DNA of 64,000 bases from Eledone cirrhosa (Eukaryota), in contig OZ024740.1 in NCBI GenBank assembly GCA_964016885.1, positions 155,992,001-156,056,000 of the forward strand. The letters run 5' to 3'. The notes beneath the pieces were generated by a model, which saw nothing but the letters and a program-made list of their open reading frames with translations, made no database searches and was not told the DNA's origin. Of the stretch, positions 1 through 13,477 are shown one piece after another. The stretch's first letter is position 1; the number at the start of each line of letters is the position of its first letter. Position numbers and translations under genes: made by a program.

Positions 1-1053
1 TGCCCCCAGGAGGCGCTAGCGCCTAAGTGGATGATGATGAGGGTGAGGTGGGGTGGGTGGCAGTATGGATGATATAATAGTATATTAAATATCAAATGAT
101 ACATGTTATATATAAATATAGTAAAATAAAAAAAAAATAATAATATCTATTTATATATAATATATATTATATTATTTATTATATATAAATTAACGATTTA
201 ATTTATTATATATTATTTACAATTTTCATGTAGGCAGGTCTCTCTGGAAATAGGGTTGGGGGATGCGGAAGGTATTATGTGGCCATGAGGAGGGCGATGG
301 CTTCAAAAGTTTGAGAACCTCTGGTATAAGGCAACCAAATGTATTATCTGGAACTTTATATTATTGACTGAAGGATGAAGTACAAAAGTCGACATTGGCA
401 AGATTTGAACTCAGAATGTAAAAGGATGTGATAAATAAGGTAGTACATATCCCTTCTCTACTGTTTTTGTTCTCCACCATGTTGATGGTGGTAACAACAA
501 CAAAAAGGATATCTGATGATGGATTCTCCGTCAGTTTCGATGGCGAGCATCCAGTTGTTCGATGAAATGAAAGTCTGACAAGTTAAATTAATGTGTAAGT
601 GGATTAATATTTTACAGACATGTTGACTCTTGAATTACAGGTACAAGCCACCCGAAGAGTTTCCATATGGTTTCCACGTGGTGTTCGTCTCCCGAATTTC
701 ACAAGACTTAGATAGACCCGAGGCTATAGAATAAATTCATTTGTCTAAGATGTCATGTAAAACGATATAATTCGGGATCTCATATCTACGAACCGAACAT
801 CTTAAGCACTCGGCCATATTTGTATTTACGATGAAAATTAGACTAGTTTAGTTATAATTTAGGTATACAATACAAAATTATAAACTATTATTTTCTCTAT
901 GGATATGACTAAACAACTCATAATGATGAGGCGTTAACAAATACTGAGGCACAACACATCGATTAATTTTTCTGGTCGTAGAATAAAACATGTGGTTTGA
1001 CTATAATATTTACCTTCATACACTAGTATATACACTAACATATATTTATAAAA

Positions 1054-1144
1054 ATGTATGTATGTATGTATGTATGTATGTATGTATGTATGTATGTATG
1101 TATGTATGTATGTATGTATGTATGTATGTATGTATGTATGTATG
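1054..1144. repeat. (ATGT)n microsatellite
   Basis: Direct reading. Confidence 0.95.
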
Positions 1145-1146
1145 GG

Positions 1147-1368
1147 AGTGAAGGACCCCCTAGCCTTTGTCGGGGCATTCTTCTAGGAGAAGGCAACACA
1201 GGAAACTGGGATAACTCCGACATAAAACCTGCGGCTCAGTAGTTACCGATGATGTTGATCTTTTTTTCTTTTCGGGTTATAGCTACTGTCGCCCAGAGAG
1301 TGGGATTGGCTCAGTGCAGTCTTTCCTCACTTTAAAAAAAATCTTCATGTACAGGCATTGCATGATAG
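1147..1368. repeat. Unclassified dispersed repeat; inverted copy at about 55913-56135
   Basis: High identity to the reverse complement of 55913-56135. Confidence 0.8.
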
Positions 1369-1377
1369 AATTAATTA

Positions 1378-1795
1378 ATTGTTTCTAATTTTGGCACAAG
1401 GCCAGCAATAACCCAGTACACCACTGGTACTTTATTTTATCGACTCCAAAAGGATGAAAGGCAAAGTTAACCTCGGCAGGATTTGAACTCAGTCCGTAAA
1501 GGGACGTAACTATGCTGGAAAGCATGGCATCTGACTCTCTACCAATACTGCCAATCCACCGCCCTTGATAGAGACCATGATAAAGACCATGATAGAATTA
1601 ATTAATTGTTTCTACTTTAGGCACAAGGCCAGCAATAACCCAGTGCATTACTGGTACTTTATTTTATCGACCCCGTAAGGATGAAAGGCAAAGTCAACCT
1701 CGGCGGGATTTGAACTCAGATGGTAAAGGGACGTAACTATGCTGGAAAGCATGGCGTCCGACCCTCTACCGATACTGCCAATCCACCGCCCTTCT
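1378..1795 (-). mobile_element. Two tandem tRNA-derived SINEs with Nin-like core
   Basis: B-box GAGTTCAAATCC, core GCCTTTCATCCTTACGGGGTCGATAAAATAAAGTACCAG, tail ...TAGAAACAATT; spacer catgatagaattaattaat occurs three times. Confidence 0.85.
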
Positions 1796-2137
1796 ATCCA
1801 TGATAGAATTAATTAATAATCATTAATAATGGTATATCGTGCAATGGCAGCCATCATGTATGTATGTATGTCTGATAAGTGTGTCAAACTTTATCGATAT
1901 TTACCGGTGTAAACCGGCGCATCGATTTAATTTTATTTATGCAAAGTTAAAGTATCCATTCTATAAATATAGATCGATAAAATAAAAGTAGCACACGAAA
2001 ATAAGAAATAGTTTATATATGGTGGAAAAAACTCTTGAAGATGATGCCCCATCATGGCGACAGTCGTGTGACAGAAACCAGTAAAGAATAAAACACTAAG
2101 AAAATCAAGATAATCTATGTTCGCAATGAAAACTCAC

Positions 2138-2246
2138 CAGAATCCTATGCTGAAAAGTCATGTGTATTGGATTCTTCAGATTTGTAACGTAACTTTGTCC
2201 GAACTTGATTGACAGTACGTAAGAATTCAAGTCCAGATCCTTTATT
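2138..2246 (-). CDS. Adhesion GPCR exon, GAIN B just before GPS (IKDLDLNSYVLSIKFGQSYVTNLKNPIHMTFQHRIL)
   Basis: ttacag acceptor, gtgagt donor; LNS.V.S...NL..P...TF.H motif; phase 2-0. Confidence 0.88.
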
Positions 2247-2423
2247 CTGTAATAAATAACATAACAGAATATGCAAGTTTTTATATATGATGAAGACATT
2301 TTCTTTTTTTCTATAAGCATAGGAACATTTAAACATACAAATAGCCATGACTATACCTTATAGTGGCATATATGCATGTATGCCACTATAAGGGATGGTC
2401 ATGGCAATTTGTATGTTTAAACG

Positions 2424-2509
<86 letters not shown>

Positions 2510-2511
<2 letters not shown>

Positions 2512-3135
2512 TTAAATGGCTTCTACAGGACTAGAATTGTTTATTTCGTATGAAATCATTCAGGAATATCAGATAAATTGGTTATTTATAGATGTCTGTC
2601 GGGTGGTAGTTGAGGTAAATGGTGGGGCGCCATTTCTTATGATATAGATATCTGTTAGTGGTGGATAGGAAGAAGGAAAGTGGAGAGAAGAAAAGCAGAA
2701 AAGTCACTTGATTAATAAGGAATGGGAAGAGAGGAAAGAAGGTGAAGAAGGGGATAGAGAAGAAGAGGAAGAAAAAGAAGACGAAGAAGGAAAGGAGAAA
2801 GAAGGACAAGAAACAGAATAAAGACCAAGAGAAAAATATCTAAAGTTCACAACTTCCGTAACCCACTGTACACTGCAGAACTATGCAATTGTCCAAACAG
2901 AGATACATGCCCACTTGAAAACGACATCCTATGCTTGACGAACGACATCGTATACAAATGCGATGTCCCTACACACAGCAAACAAAACATATACTGGTAT
3001 GACATCGAACAGATTCAAGACCCGGTGGTACGTCAACACCCTCACTTTCAGAAGACCGGATAAGGCCAAATAAACGGCACTCGTCCCCCATGAATGACAC
3101 AAAAAGAAGAAATCCATTCCCTTCACTCTCAAATG
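2510..3135. mobile_element. Naiad-type PLE relic: GIY-YIG fragment (+, about 2884-3135) with inverted HHR-bearing end (-, about 2515-2570)
   Basis: CNCPNRDTCPLENDILC..IVYKC then frameshifted YTGMTSNRFKTRW; 2518-2566 is a decayed copy of the 33353 HHR family. Confidence 0.65.
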
Positions 3136-3146
3136 GAGGCAAATAC

Positions 3147-3712
3147 CCCCAGTGGATTACTGGTACTTTATTTTATCGACCCCGTAAGGATGAAAGGCAA
3201 AGTTAACCTCGGCAGGATTTGAACTCAGATCGTAAAGGAGCATAACTCTATGCTGCAAATCATGGTATCCAACCTTCTACCGATACTGCCAATCCACCAA
3301 TAATAATATATTTTTTTCTTTATCAACTTCGCCATAATTCAGCTTCCTAATCATTATCATATCTCACCGAGGTTAACTTTGTCTTTCATCCTTACGGGGT
3401 TGATAAAATAAAGTACCAGTAATGCACTGGAGTCGATTTCATCGACTTTCCTCTGCCTCCCAAATTGATGGCCTTGTGCCTATATAAGAAACCATTATTT
3501 TATTAAAATAATTAAAATTAGGGCGGTGGATTGGGTGTATCGGCAGGGGGTCAGACGCCATGCTTTGTAGCATGGAGTTACGGCCCTTTATGATCTGAGT
3601 TCAAAACCCGCCGAGGTTAACTTTGCCTTTCATCCTTACGGGGTCGATAACATAAAGTACCAGTAATACACTGGGATAATTACTGGCCTTGTGCCAAAAG
3701 TAGAAACAATTA
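3147..3712. mobile_element. Cluster of three Nin-like SINE copies in both orientations; 3520-3712 full length on +
   Basis: Same head, core and tail motifs as above. Confidence 0.85.
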
Positions 3713-3823
3713 TTAATATTATTGCAACAATTGATCTATTGTATTATATTCTGAAGGTTATGACTATTATTTCTTTATTAATTTCAACAAAATCAGCATC
3801 TTAATCATTATTATTTCAGCCAT

Positions 3824-3877
<54 letters not shown>

Positions 3878-3882
3878 AAAAA

Positions 3883-3924
<42 letters not shown>

Positions 3925-4050
3925 CAGAGAAGAAGAAGTAGGAGAGAAAGTTACAGTGTTCAGTGTAGTTTGTGCAAGTTCTTATTTCTTTATAGAAAGG
4001 AAAACAGTCACAGTATATAATCTGTTGAAGGAAAATAGAAAAATACTCAC

Positions 4051-4117
4051 GATACACCTGGAAGTATATCTGATATACTCTTGAAAATAGTTGTCACTAC
4101 TGAAGCACTTTGATTAA
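4051..4117 (-). CDS. Adhesion GPCR exon, GAIN B (NQSASVVTTIFKSISDILPGV)
   Basis: ttccag acceptor, gtgagt donor, phase 1-2. Confidence 0.8.
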
Positions 4118-4284
4118 CTGGAATACAAAATATAACATGATATGGACTAGTAAATTATATGGAATGTATACTGGAATATAAATTATTATGCATTATATTC
4201 TGCAATATAAATTATACAGAATAAATTCTGGATTGCAAAATGATATAGGGTATATGTTAAAATATTAAATATGTAAAGCAAAAA

Positions 4285-4512
4285 CGTTTTATCCTTGAGC
4301 AAGATACTTTATTTTCTCGTTGCTTCAGTCCTCTCAGCTGACAAAAATGAGTTGTGCCTGTAACTCAAAGGACCTACCTTGTCATATCGTGTCACATTGA
4401 ATCTTGCTGAAAGCTACATCAAGCCATCAATGCCTAGCATGTTAAACCCACAAGCAGGCTTTTCCTTTGATCAAACAACTAGAACACTCATCGTTGAAAC
4501 CGATGGAAGTCA
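4285..4512 (+). mobile_element. SINE fragment with Meta-like core (TCCTTGAGCAAGA)
   Basis: Shares the core with 21250-21369. Confidence 0.6.
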
Positions 4513-4636
4513 AATTCAATCCCATATTCCAGGTGTCTCAACCACCAATATCGTTTTCTGTAAACTATATAAATTAATGATTTCTACTATAAGCACATGG
4601 TTAAAATTATATAAGTTAATAACCGGTTTGACTTAC

Positions 4637-4774
4637 CTCTAAATATTTCTTTTAAAGATTCCGCAGAAATGTTGACTTTTGTAAGGCTGTTCTGTATCCA
4701 CAACGGTAATGTGGTTTTGGATTTTGATGGCACTATCATATTTTCTTCCACTGAAGCTTTCTTGATTTCCACAA
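4637..4774 (-). CDS. Adhesion GPCR exon, GAIN B (VEIKKAS...KVNISAESLKEIFR)
   Basis: ttctag acceptor, AG|gtaagt donor, phase 1-1. Confidence 0.8.
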
Positions 4775-5065
4775 CTAGAATGTAAATGTATGTATATATG
4801 AATATTCAAAAGATAGGAGAGAACTTAATCTGTGATAAGGGATGTGATATGTGAATTTTATTAAGCTACCATAAAGCTGGTATATTCACAACAGTTGTTT
4901 CACTGCATATGATTAGTTTTTAGTTTTCAACTTAACAAACTAACGTATGCAGTTCATCAAGTGAATGCCATATTTGAAAACACAGCCCTCTCGTGTTAGA
5001 GCAAGTAAGAAAGTGACAAATCAAAGCTTGCAGAAAGGGAGATAATAAAAGAAACTTTAATATAA

Positions 5066-5283
5066 CTGTTTCTACTATTTGGCACAAGGCCAGCAATTAC
5101 ACAGAACATTACTGGTACTTTATTTTATCGACCCCGTAAGGATGAAAGGCAAAGTTAACCTCGGCGGGATTTGAACTCAGACTATAAAGGGCCGTAACTC
5201 TTTGCTGCAAAGAGTTACGGCCATTTATGGTCTGAGTTCAAATCCCGCCGAGGTTAACTTTGCCTTTCATCCGTACGGGGTCG
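5066..5283. mobile_element. Fold-back (head-to-head) Nin-like SINE palindrome
   Basis: 5129-5204 is the near-perfect reverse complement of 5206-5283. Confidence 0.85.
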
Positions 5284-5339
5284 TTTAATATAACGCCTGA
5301 GAAAACTGTTTAAAATATACAAAATTATGCGCGCGCGCA

Positions 5340-7715
5340 CACACACACATACATATATGCTAATTGCTACTTCCTGTCAGAAGCGTGCCATCCCTTCATT
5401 GAACATTACACGATCATGTACGCGCAGGAGACTTTTCAGACCCGGTTTTATTTTGCAGGCACGTTCACAGATGTGACACTTGAATTGTCTGTCTCCTGGC
5501 AATACCGACTGGGGTGTGTTTTTATGCATTATATCATGTCTGATCAGTACACCAGCTGACTTGGAAAGTAAGCTACACTCACTGTAGCTTAATGTAGCGT
5601 TGAGCATGTGGCGGTAGAACCATCTCACAAGTGGCTCGATTTCTCCCTGGCTCGTGTGATTTCAGATGACTGACAAATCCACAAATCCAGTTCTTGTTAA
5701 AAGAAATCAACCACATCCATTGTACCTCAATTCCTGCAGAATTTTTGCAGGCACTGCTCTGTGGTTCCGCTTACGGAGTGAACGCTTAAAAGCAGCATGC
5801 TCCCTCGATTTTTCTCAAAGACATCACATCCATACTTGATGATATTTCTCCATGATATACGGCCTTCAGCCAGTCTCTCCCAGTTCTCCATATCAATCGT
5901 CATAGCTTTAATATTTTTTTTATGACATCCTTAAACCGCTTGGCTTTTTTCCTCCGGTCAGCTCTCCATAAAATAACTGTTTAGACAGCCTTCCATCTTA
6001 CATCCTGACAACATGACCAGCCCAATGCATCTGGTTCATAATAATCCTCCTCTCAAGTACAACATCATGTATGTAAGAGGGCTAATCGATGTTCAGGATG
6101 TGTCGGATACAATGTAGATGAAACCTTTCCAGCTGCCTGATGTGATGCCTGTACGTTGTCCACACTTCGCATCCGTATAGCAGTGCTATAAGAACTGGGG
6201 CCTCATACACAGAGAGCTTTGTGTTTCTCATGATACTCCTATTTGACCAGACTTACTTTTCAAACTTTCCGAAGACAAGACTCGCTTTCGCAATCCTGTA
6301 ATCTATTTCAGCATCGAGGGTACCATCTCTACTAAGTGTACTTCCGAGATACACAAAGCAGTCCACCATCTCAAGTCTTTTTTCTCCCAGGAAAATGTCA
6401 GACTCCACATGCACTTCCCTATGTGGTGGATTGTACCTGACTTTTGTCATCTTTATACTAATATTTAACCCAAACAGTGCATGCATTGGAGAATGTGTCC
6501 AATATCAACTGCATGTCCTCTAAAGTGTGAGCCACAGAATCTGCATCATCAGCATACAGACACACCCCGACATGAGTGCCAAATGTTTTGAACTTGGTGT
6601 TAAAACGTCATAGATTAAAGACTTTTCGTAAGTATACATAGATTTCAAAGTATTGGAACGCATATGTCAGCAGCACGGCGAAGCAGATGGAAAACAGGTT
6701 GAGTGCAGATATGTCGCCTTGTTTGATACCGTTTTACACTGAAATTGGATCTGAAAGTGTCCCATTAAAATTTACTCTTGCTTTCATATTTTGATGGAGT
6801 TTTTTGAATATCCCAACAAACTCGTGAGGGTATCCAAGGTTCCCAAATATGACTCATTATGCACTACGATTAACTGTATCAAAAGCTTTGGTAAAGTCCA
6901 CAAATATTCGGTGCAGTGGAACTTACTGCTCAACATACTTCTCTATAAGCGGATAGGCTGAGAAAAGCATGTCCATAGTACCCTTCCCAGCTCTGAATCC
7001 ACACTGGGTCTCAAGGATGGCACCAGGGCAGATCCATTTTATTAGACGATTCAGCAAAACCTTTGATAAGACTTTTCTTACCGATTCGATAATCACCGCA
7101 TTCAGAACTGGAGCCTTTGCCCTTGTAAATCGACAACAAAATTTCAACTATCCAGTCTTGCGGGACAGGCTCACCATGTCATACAGATGAAACTAGGTCA
7201 TGGGTGGCCATAGCAACATTGTCTCCTCCAAAGCCGATCAATTCAACAGGTATTCCATCCAAACCTGAAGCTTTCCCTCTGTTTATCTCTTTGATAGTAA
7301 ACCTTATCTCATCAAAGTTTGGATCATTCATCATCTCTGTTACAGTCTCCCTTTGCTGCAGTCCATTAATAATTTCCTCATCAACTACAGATGGGTTATC
7401 AAATAGATCTTTAAAGTGTTAAGTACACCGATTCATGATTCCTACTGGATCTTTAATGAGGACGTTCCTATCTTTTGACTACAAAGGTGCCATTTTTTAG
7501 GGCTGTGAGCCCCAAATGTGCCTTATTGTGCTGTATAATGCCTTCAAGTCTCTGCAGTTATAAGCCCTCTGCATCTCTGCTGTTATTCTTCAGTTATTCT
7601 TCATCTTTCGAGCTTTACATTGCAGTTTTGACTTTGCTTCTTTGAAGGCCTTCTCAAAAGTGGTCCTTACTGGACTCTCTGCGACAGGGCACAATTTTGT
7701 TTTGAGATGACACAT
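5340..7715 (-). mobile_element. Decayed RTE-clade LINE (RT + C-terminal C2H2 zinc fingers)
   Basis: QCGFRAGKGTMDMLF, F.YLGS, FKCHICERACK..GLKS; many stops and frameshifts. Confidence 0.88.
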
Positions 7716-8035
7716 ACATACATACATACATACAAACACACACACATACATACATGAAAAGATATACATACGCACACACACAGATTCTCACATAACAACA
7801 AACTTTATCAGAAAACACCTTTAAATCTTTAAGAAATCGAAAATACATATTAGATAATGTTATTCTAGATTCATTGCGTGTGATTAATAAAGATGATTAC
7901 GACTGGAAAGCCATTGATGAATAAGCTAGCTTAATAAAGATCAACCTAGGGTTAAACAGATATAATTATAGCAATAAAGACAACAACGACAATCAGCTGC
8001 CAGTAGTTATTTGAAGATACCTAACATACATACAT

Positions 8036-8590
8036 AGGCGGCAAATTGACAGAATCGTTAGAACGTCGGATAGAATGCTTTATGTATTCGTTTCGGCTCT
8101 CTGAGTTCAAATTACGCCGAGGTTAACTGTGTATTTCATCCTTTCGAGGTCGATAAAAAAATGTACCAGTCTAGTACTGAGGTCGATACTTCCTCTATAT
8201 CTCATTATCATTTCCTCTGTCTCACTTTCTTACTCTGGAAAAAAAATCTGCTGTACTCAGATCTGGAGAGTGATGGGCTCCGCCAGGATAATTATTCAAT
8301 ACCTAAAGAATCATTTCGCGACGTCAACAAATGTACACAATCCGAAATAAACGTCACCTATAATCCCCCCCCCCCCCCTCCCGCTAAAAAAAATGAAAAT
8401 AATTGTTTCTACTTTAGGCACAAGGCCAGCAATTACCCAGTGCATTACTGGTACTTTATTTTATCGACCCCGAAAGGATGAAAGGCAAAGTCAACCTCGA
8501 CGGGATTTGAACTCAGATCGTAAAGGGACGTAACTATGCTGGAAAACATGGCGTCCGACCTTCTACCGATACTGCCAATCCACCGCCCTA
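8036..8590. mobile_element. Two Nin-like SINE copies (8036-8200 +, 8400-8590 -)
   Basis: Family motifs. Confidence 0.75.
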
Positions 8591-8807
8591 GTCATTGATT
8601 AATATATTATTTTTAACTACGGAATAAATATTTTAAGATAGTCATTAATGACCTATATATTAGATACGTTAACACTAAATTAATTATTGTATTTTATGCA
8701 GACAGTGAATCTGAATTATTTATCCTACGTGAACCTATGTACATTTATGTATAATTACTTAGTGACACTTTTATTGTTATCTCATCAAATAATAGGGAAG
8801 GCTACTG

Positions 8808-8904
<97 letters not shown>

Positions 8905-9447
8905 GAGTGTATAATAAGTGGTAGAAATATTTGCACTCTGTCTGTTTCTACACTATGTATCGTAGTTAAGAAATGAAAGAGAAGATTAATATCGACCTGA
9001 ATGGATTAATATGTAACGCATATTGAGAAAATGCTGAGTAGCAAATATCTCTACTTCTTATATATCTGAATATATATACATATCCCTATCCCACTACCCC
9101 TACTCCACCCCCACTCCCACCAACAGCACCCTCTCTCACTAAAGTTATGTTGGTACCACAACATCCAGTCCAAAATAGATGAGGTCGTGTAGGTGTCATG
9201 ACAAAAAACACACAGTCCACGTTGTAATGTGGCCACGTAGGTAACACGGTAAAAACCACCTAGTCAACACTGTAAACGTGGTTGGTGTTAGGAAGGGCAT
9301 TCAGCCGTAGAAAACCTGCCAGACAGTCCTATACGAGCGAGACACGGTCTCCCGACCAATCTTCCCTCAAGTGGGACAATTCCCGTCTAAAAGCACAAAA
9401 TGTAGACACCATCCCGAGGTCGATGTATTCGGTACTTCTCTGTACTG

Positions 9448-9517
<70 letters not shown>

Positions 9518-9626
9518 GTTTGTATTTGTAAAGCCAAAGCAATGCAGGTATGGACATAGAATAAAAAATGCAAATGCAAAAGATATTGTTGACAATTAGT
9601 CTTTTATCTTAGATTTATTTAAATGT

Positions 9627-9661
9627 CCTTAATTTTCGAGAAAATATCTCTTCTTCGGAGG
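9627..9661 (-). ncRNA. Minimal type I hammerhead ribozyme (C4 variant) in the 3' pLTR of PLE-A
   Basis: cct CCGAAGA a gaga-tattt-tctc GAAA at TA agg. Confidence 0.75.
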
Positions 9662-9847
9662 GAAGTAAAGCGGTTAAACCAGTGTTCTAAATAGCTTGCC
9701 AAGTCATGCTGACAGGAAATGGTATAGAGTATCTGTTTTATCTCTAATGTCAAAGAGTTAAGGTTAGGTGGATAAAGAGTAGTCTCCCTTTAAAAGGGGT
9801 TTTGTACATGTCTGTTTAAGTGTGTGGGAGAATGCGTGAAGGTGTAA

Positions 9848-9888
<41 letters not shown>

Positions 9889-10003
9889 TGTGAGAAGATA
9901 TGTCTATACGTAAATGTGGTTATAGATGTTTTCTCGTGTTAGAACTGGTCTTTGTGTGTGTGTGTGTGTGTGAGAGAGAATAAGTGGAGGTGTAAGCGCG
10001 CGC

Positions 10004-10050
<47 letters not shown>

Positions 10051-10119
10051 CATGTGTGTGTGCGTTTGTGTGGGAGGGATGGTGTAAGTATGGGGCTAGA
10101 TGCTCTATCAAGTTATAAA

Positions 10120-12688
10120 TTAGGTGTTGAGTTCTAGTCTATTATTGATTGGTGGTTGTGTTTTGTCTATAATTAGTGCTTCCTTAATTCTAAGATTGCC
10201 GAGGTTTCTTTCCTTAGTTTCTATCCTAACTGTTATGGTTTTGTCGGTGTTTTTGCATTTCACTAGGTGTTTCTTAAATGAGGAAGCGTTAGTATTGAGG
10301 TGTTCTTTTATTCCTATGTGGAGTGGTCTGGTGGTGCTACCTACGTAGAAGTCGCTGCATTTGTCGCACTCTAGTCTGTATACGACGTAAGCCTGGTGGC
10401 ATAGGTCTGTGTCGTTGATGGGGCAGTTGGCTAGCCTGCAGCGGTTATCATGTCTGGCGGAGTGTCTTTTGATTAGCTGTCCGCGTAGAGAAGGTCCTGA
10501 GTGGGCCAGTTGGATATCTAGTCCCTCTCGTCTGATAGCTCTGCGGATGGCTGTTGTTGTTTCGTCACTGAAGTGTGGGAGCTTCAGGAAACAAGTGTTA
10601 GTGCCTCGGGTGTGGTGTCCTCTGGTCTTTCTGGCACGGTTTGTGGTGGATGTCGTCTATCCGTTCAGTTTGAGTGCTTCCAGGAAATGTGTGGTGTGTG
10701 TGTCTCGATCTCTAGCGTCGGTGCATTTGTTCCGGATACGTGTTAGTTCGTTCCTTACGTATCCGAACTTGGCGCCGGCTGGGAGGGCCGATCTGAAATG
10801 TACGAACAGGTCCCTGCTGGCGGCTTTTTTATAGAAGCAGGTGTGGATGTTGCCTTCCTCTGTGACCCTGAGTTAGAAGTCCAGTAGGGATAGGGATCCT
10901 CGGTCATCGGGGTGTTCCATGCTGAACTTTATACTGGCGTCCATGCTGAGAATGTTATGTATATTTTATCCGCCTCCTCACGGGATGATGTAAGGATGAG
11001 TATGTCATCTACATATCGGGTGAAGAAGGTATGGGAATGGCAGGTGTTGAGGGCTCGGCATTCTAGCTGGTTCATATAGGTGATGGCCAGCAGGCTCGAT
11101 AGGCTGGATCCCATGGGTAATCCTGTTGTCTGTCTGTATGTGTGGTGGTGGAAGGTGAAGTACGTGTTGTCCACTGTGAAGGACAAAAGCTGGTGTATGT
11201 CAGTCAGATGGAGGCCGTAGCAGTGGATGTCCTCTGCGACCACCGAGCCCGTCAATAAATCGACAGCTGGATGAACGGGGACTGTAGTGTAGAGGGAGAC
11301 AACGTCGAGACTAAAGGCGTATCTATTTAGTTTAAGTTGTTCTGGTTGGAGTTGGTGTAGACTACGTATGACTTCGTCGGAGCTACTGACATGCCCGGGA
11401 AAGGTGGAGAGTAGAGGTTTGAGAACCTGGGAGAGGAGCCAGGAGATTTTGTATAGGGGTACTTTTATGCTAGAGAAGATGGGTCTTATTTGTGTCTTAG
11501 TACTATTCTTGGGGGTCTTGATGAGGTGGTAGAAAGTGGGCAGTCTTCTATTTCTAGTGGTGTAGTTGAGCTTAACTTTATTTGGAAGTTGTCTTCTCCT
11601 ACAGATGTCGAACCAGATGGAGTTGGTCTGTTTTTCGATCTGGGCTGCAGTCATGTCCGGGATCTCTGTATATAGTTCATTGTCGCTTAGGTGTTCAAAG
11701 GCTAGGTTGTTGTATGTGGCTTGAGAGATGACGCAAAACTCTTTACCTTTGTCAGATGGTAAGTATATAAGTTCCCTATTCCGTAGGTTCTTCAGGGCAA
11801 GTTGTTGTGTCCTGGAGAGGTTTGGGGCTATCTTCTGTTTCCGTAAGATGTTAAATACGGAATGGTTTAGCCTCGAGAGTTTTTCTTCAAGCTCGCGGTT
11901 GGCAGGCGGTGGACAGAGTGGGCAATCCAGTTGGTATATCGGGAATCTGGGTTTGTTAGATTCCGTGGTGTTGTTGCCGAGAGTCGATATCCATTTTAGT
12001 TGGTAGGCAGCTCGACAGAAATTCGTTTCTATGTCGAGCCATAATTTGTCGTCCAGTCTCTGTTTCAATATGAACTTGGGACCCAGGCTGAGGAGGTCTA
12101 ATTCCTCTCGGAGAGGGATCCTGTCAATTCTGTGATGAGGTGTTTTGCGTCAGGTGTGTTGCTGGTCGGGGCGCCGCTAGGTTCGGTGTTGGTACCGTCT
12201 TGTTCGCCTCTGTTGGTGCTTAGAGTTGGGATGTTGTTAAGACGGTTAACCGTGCTGAGTTTGAGAAATTTTTGCATTAAGCGTATTTTCTCGTAGTCTC
12301 CGCGATGGTGGTATGACTTGTCTATAGCGGCGGAGATAACTCTGGACAGAGGTTCTGGGGTTTCAGCGAGTTGTGGTACAAGGCTGGAAATAGTCCGTAT
12401 GTGTTTTTGTAGCGTGCGGTGTAGGTGTTGTATGAGTTTTCTTAGGCAGAATTTTTGTATGTAGCTAAGTGATGGTTTGAGGCCTGGTGATTTGAAGCAT
12501 GTTGGTAGGTGCAAGTTTTTGATAGTTTTTGGAATGATGTTGTTATTCAGGCGTCGTTTTAGGAAGTTTATTTGGCAGCCGGCTTTGGCGCACTTTTCAG
12601 ATAGCCGGAAGAGTTTCTTTACAGTTGTGAACTGGGCCTGGCTCAGACGTAAGGAAAGGAGGAAGTTATAGTTCACTTGAAGCATTGT
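10120..12688 (-). pseudogene. PLE-A RT-GIY-YIG polyprotein, frameshifted
   Basis: ORF pieces 12766-12098 and 12068-10929, plus a further frame to about 10120; Cys-rich linker CRLANCPINDTDLC. Confidence 0.85.
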
Positions 12689-12813
12689 GTCATGAGGTAT
12701 AAACGTTTGTATTTGTAAAGCCAAAGCAATGCAGGTATGGACATAGAATAAAAAATGCAAATTCAAAAGATATTGATGACAATTAGTCTTTTACCTTAGA
12801 TTTATTTAAATGT

Positions 12814-12848
12814 CCTTAATTTTCGAGATAATATCTCTTCTTCGGAGG
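12814..12848 (-). ncRNA. Minimal type I hammerhead ribozyme (C4 variant) in the 5' pLTR of PLE-A
   Basis: cct CCGAAGA a gagat-att-atctc GAAA at TA agg. Confidence 0.78.
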
Positions 12849-13402
12849 GAAGTAAAGCGGTTAAAACCAGTGTTCTAAATAGCTTGCCAAGTCATGCTGA
12901 CAGGAAATGGTATAGAGTATCTGTTCTATCTCTAATGTCAAAGAGTTAAGGTTAGGTGGATAAAGAGTAGTCTCCCTTTAAAAGGGGTTTGTACATGTCT
13001 GTTTAAGTGTGTGGGAGAATGCGTGAAGGTGTAAGTATGTGTGTGTGTGTGTGTGAGTGTGAGAAGATATGTCTATACGTAAATGTGGGGGATAGATGTT
13101 CTCTCGTGTTAGAATTGGTCTTTGTGTGTGTATGTGTGTGAGAGAGAATAAGTGGAGGTGTAAGCGTGTGTGTGTGTGTGTGCGTGCGTGTGTGTGTGCT
13201 TTTGTTACGGGAGGGGGGTGTAAGTATGGGGCTAGATGCTCTATCAAGTTATAAATTGGGTGTTGAGTTCTAGTCTATTATTGATTGGTGGTTGTGTTTT
13301 GTCTATAATTAGTGCTTCCTTAATTCTAAGTTTGCCGAGGTTTCTTTCCTTAGTTTCTATCCTAACTGTTATGGTTTTGTCGGTGTTTTTGCATTTCACT
13401 AG

Positions 13403-13473
<71 letters not shown>

Positions 13474-13477
<4 letters not shown>

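Larger units (their letters stand above)
9512..13406 (-). mobile_element. Full-length Penelope-like element (PLE-A) with two direct pseudo-LTRs, in (TA)n
   Basis: Direct repeats about 9512-10270 and 12698-13406; RT (SDKG, LDVVSLYT, GLPMGS, RYVDD) and C-terminal GIY-YIG (VVYRLECDKCSDFYVGST). Confidence 0.93.

Noticed and set aside
2031-2090. TTGAAGA...GAAACCAGTA hammerhead-like string
   Set aside because: Stem I does not pair; looks like a SINE 3' tail
3956-4021. Possible exon with a good acceptor
   Set aside because: Phases do not fit the chain; stops in the needed frames
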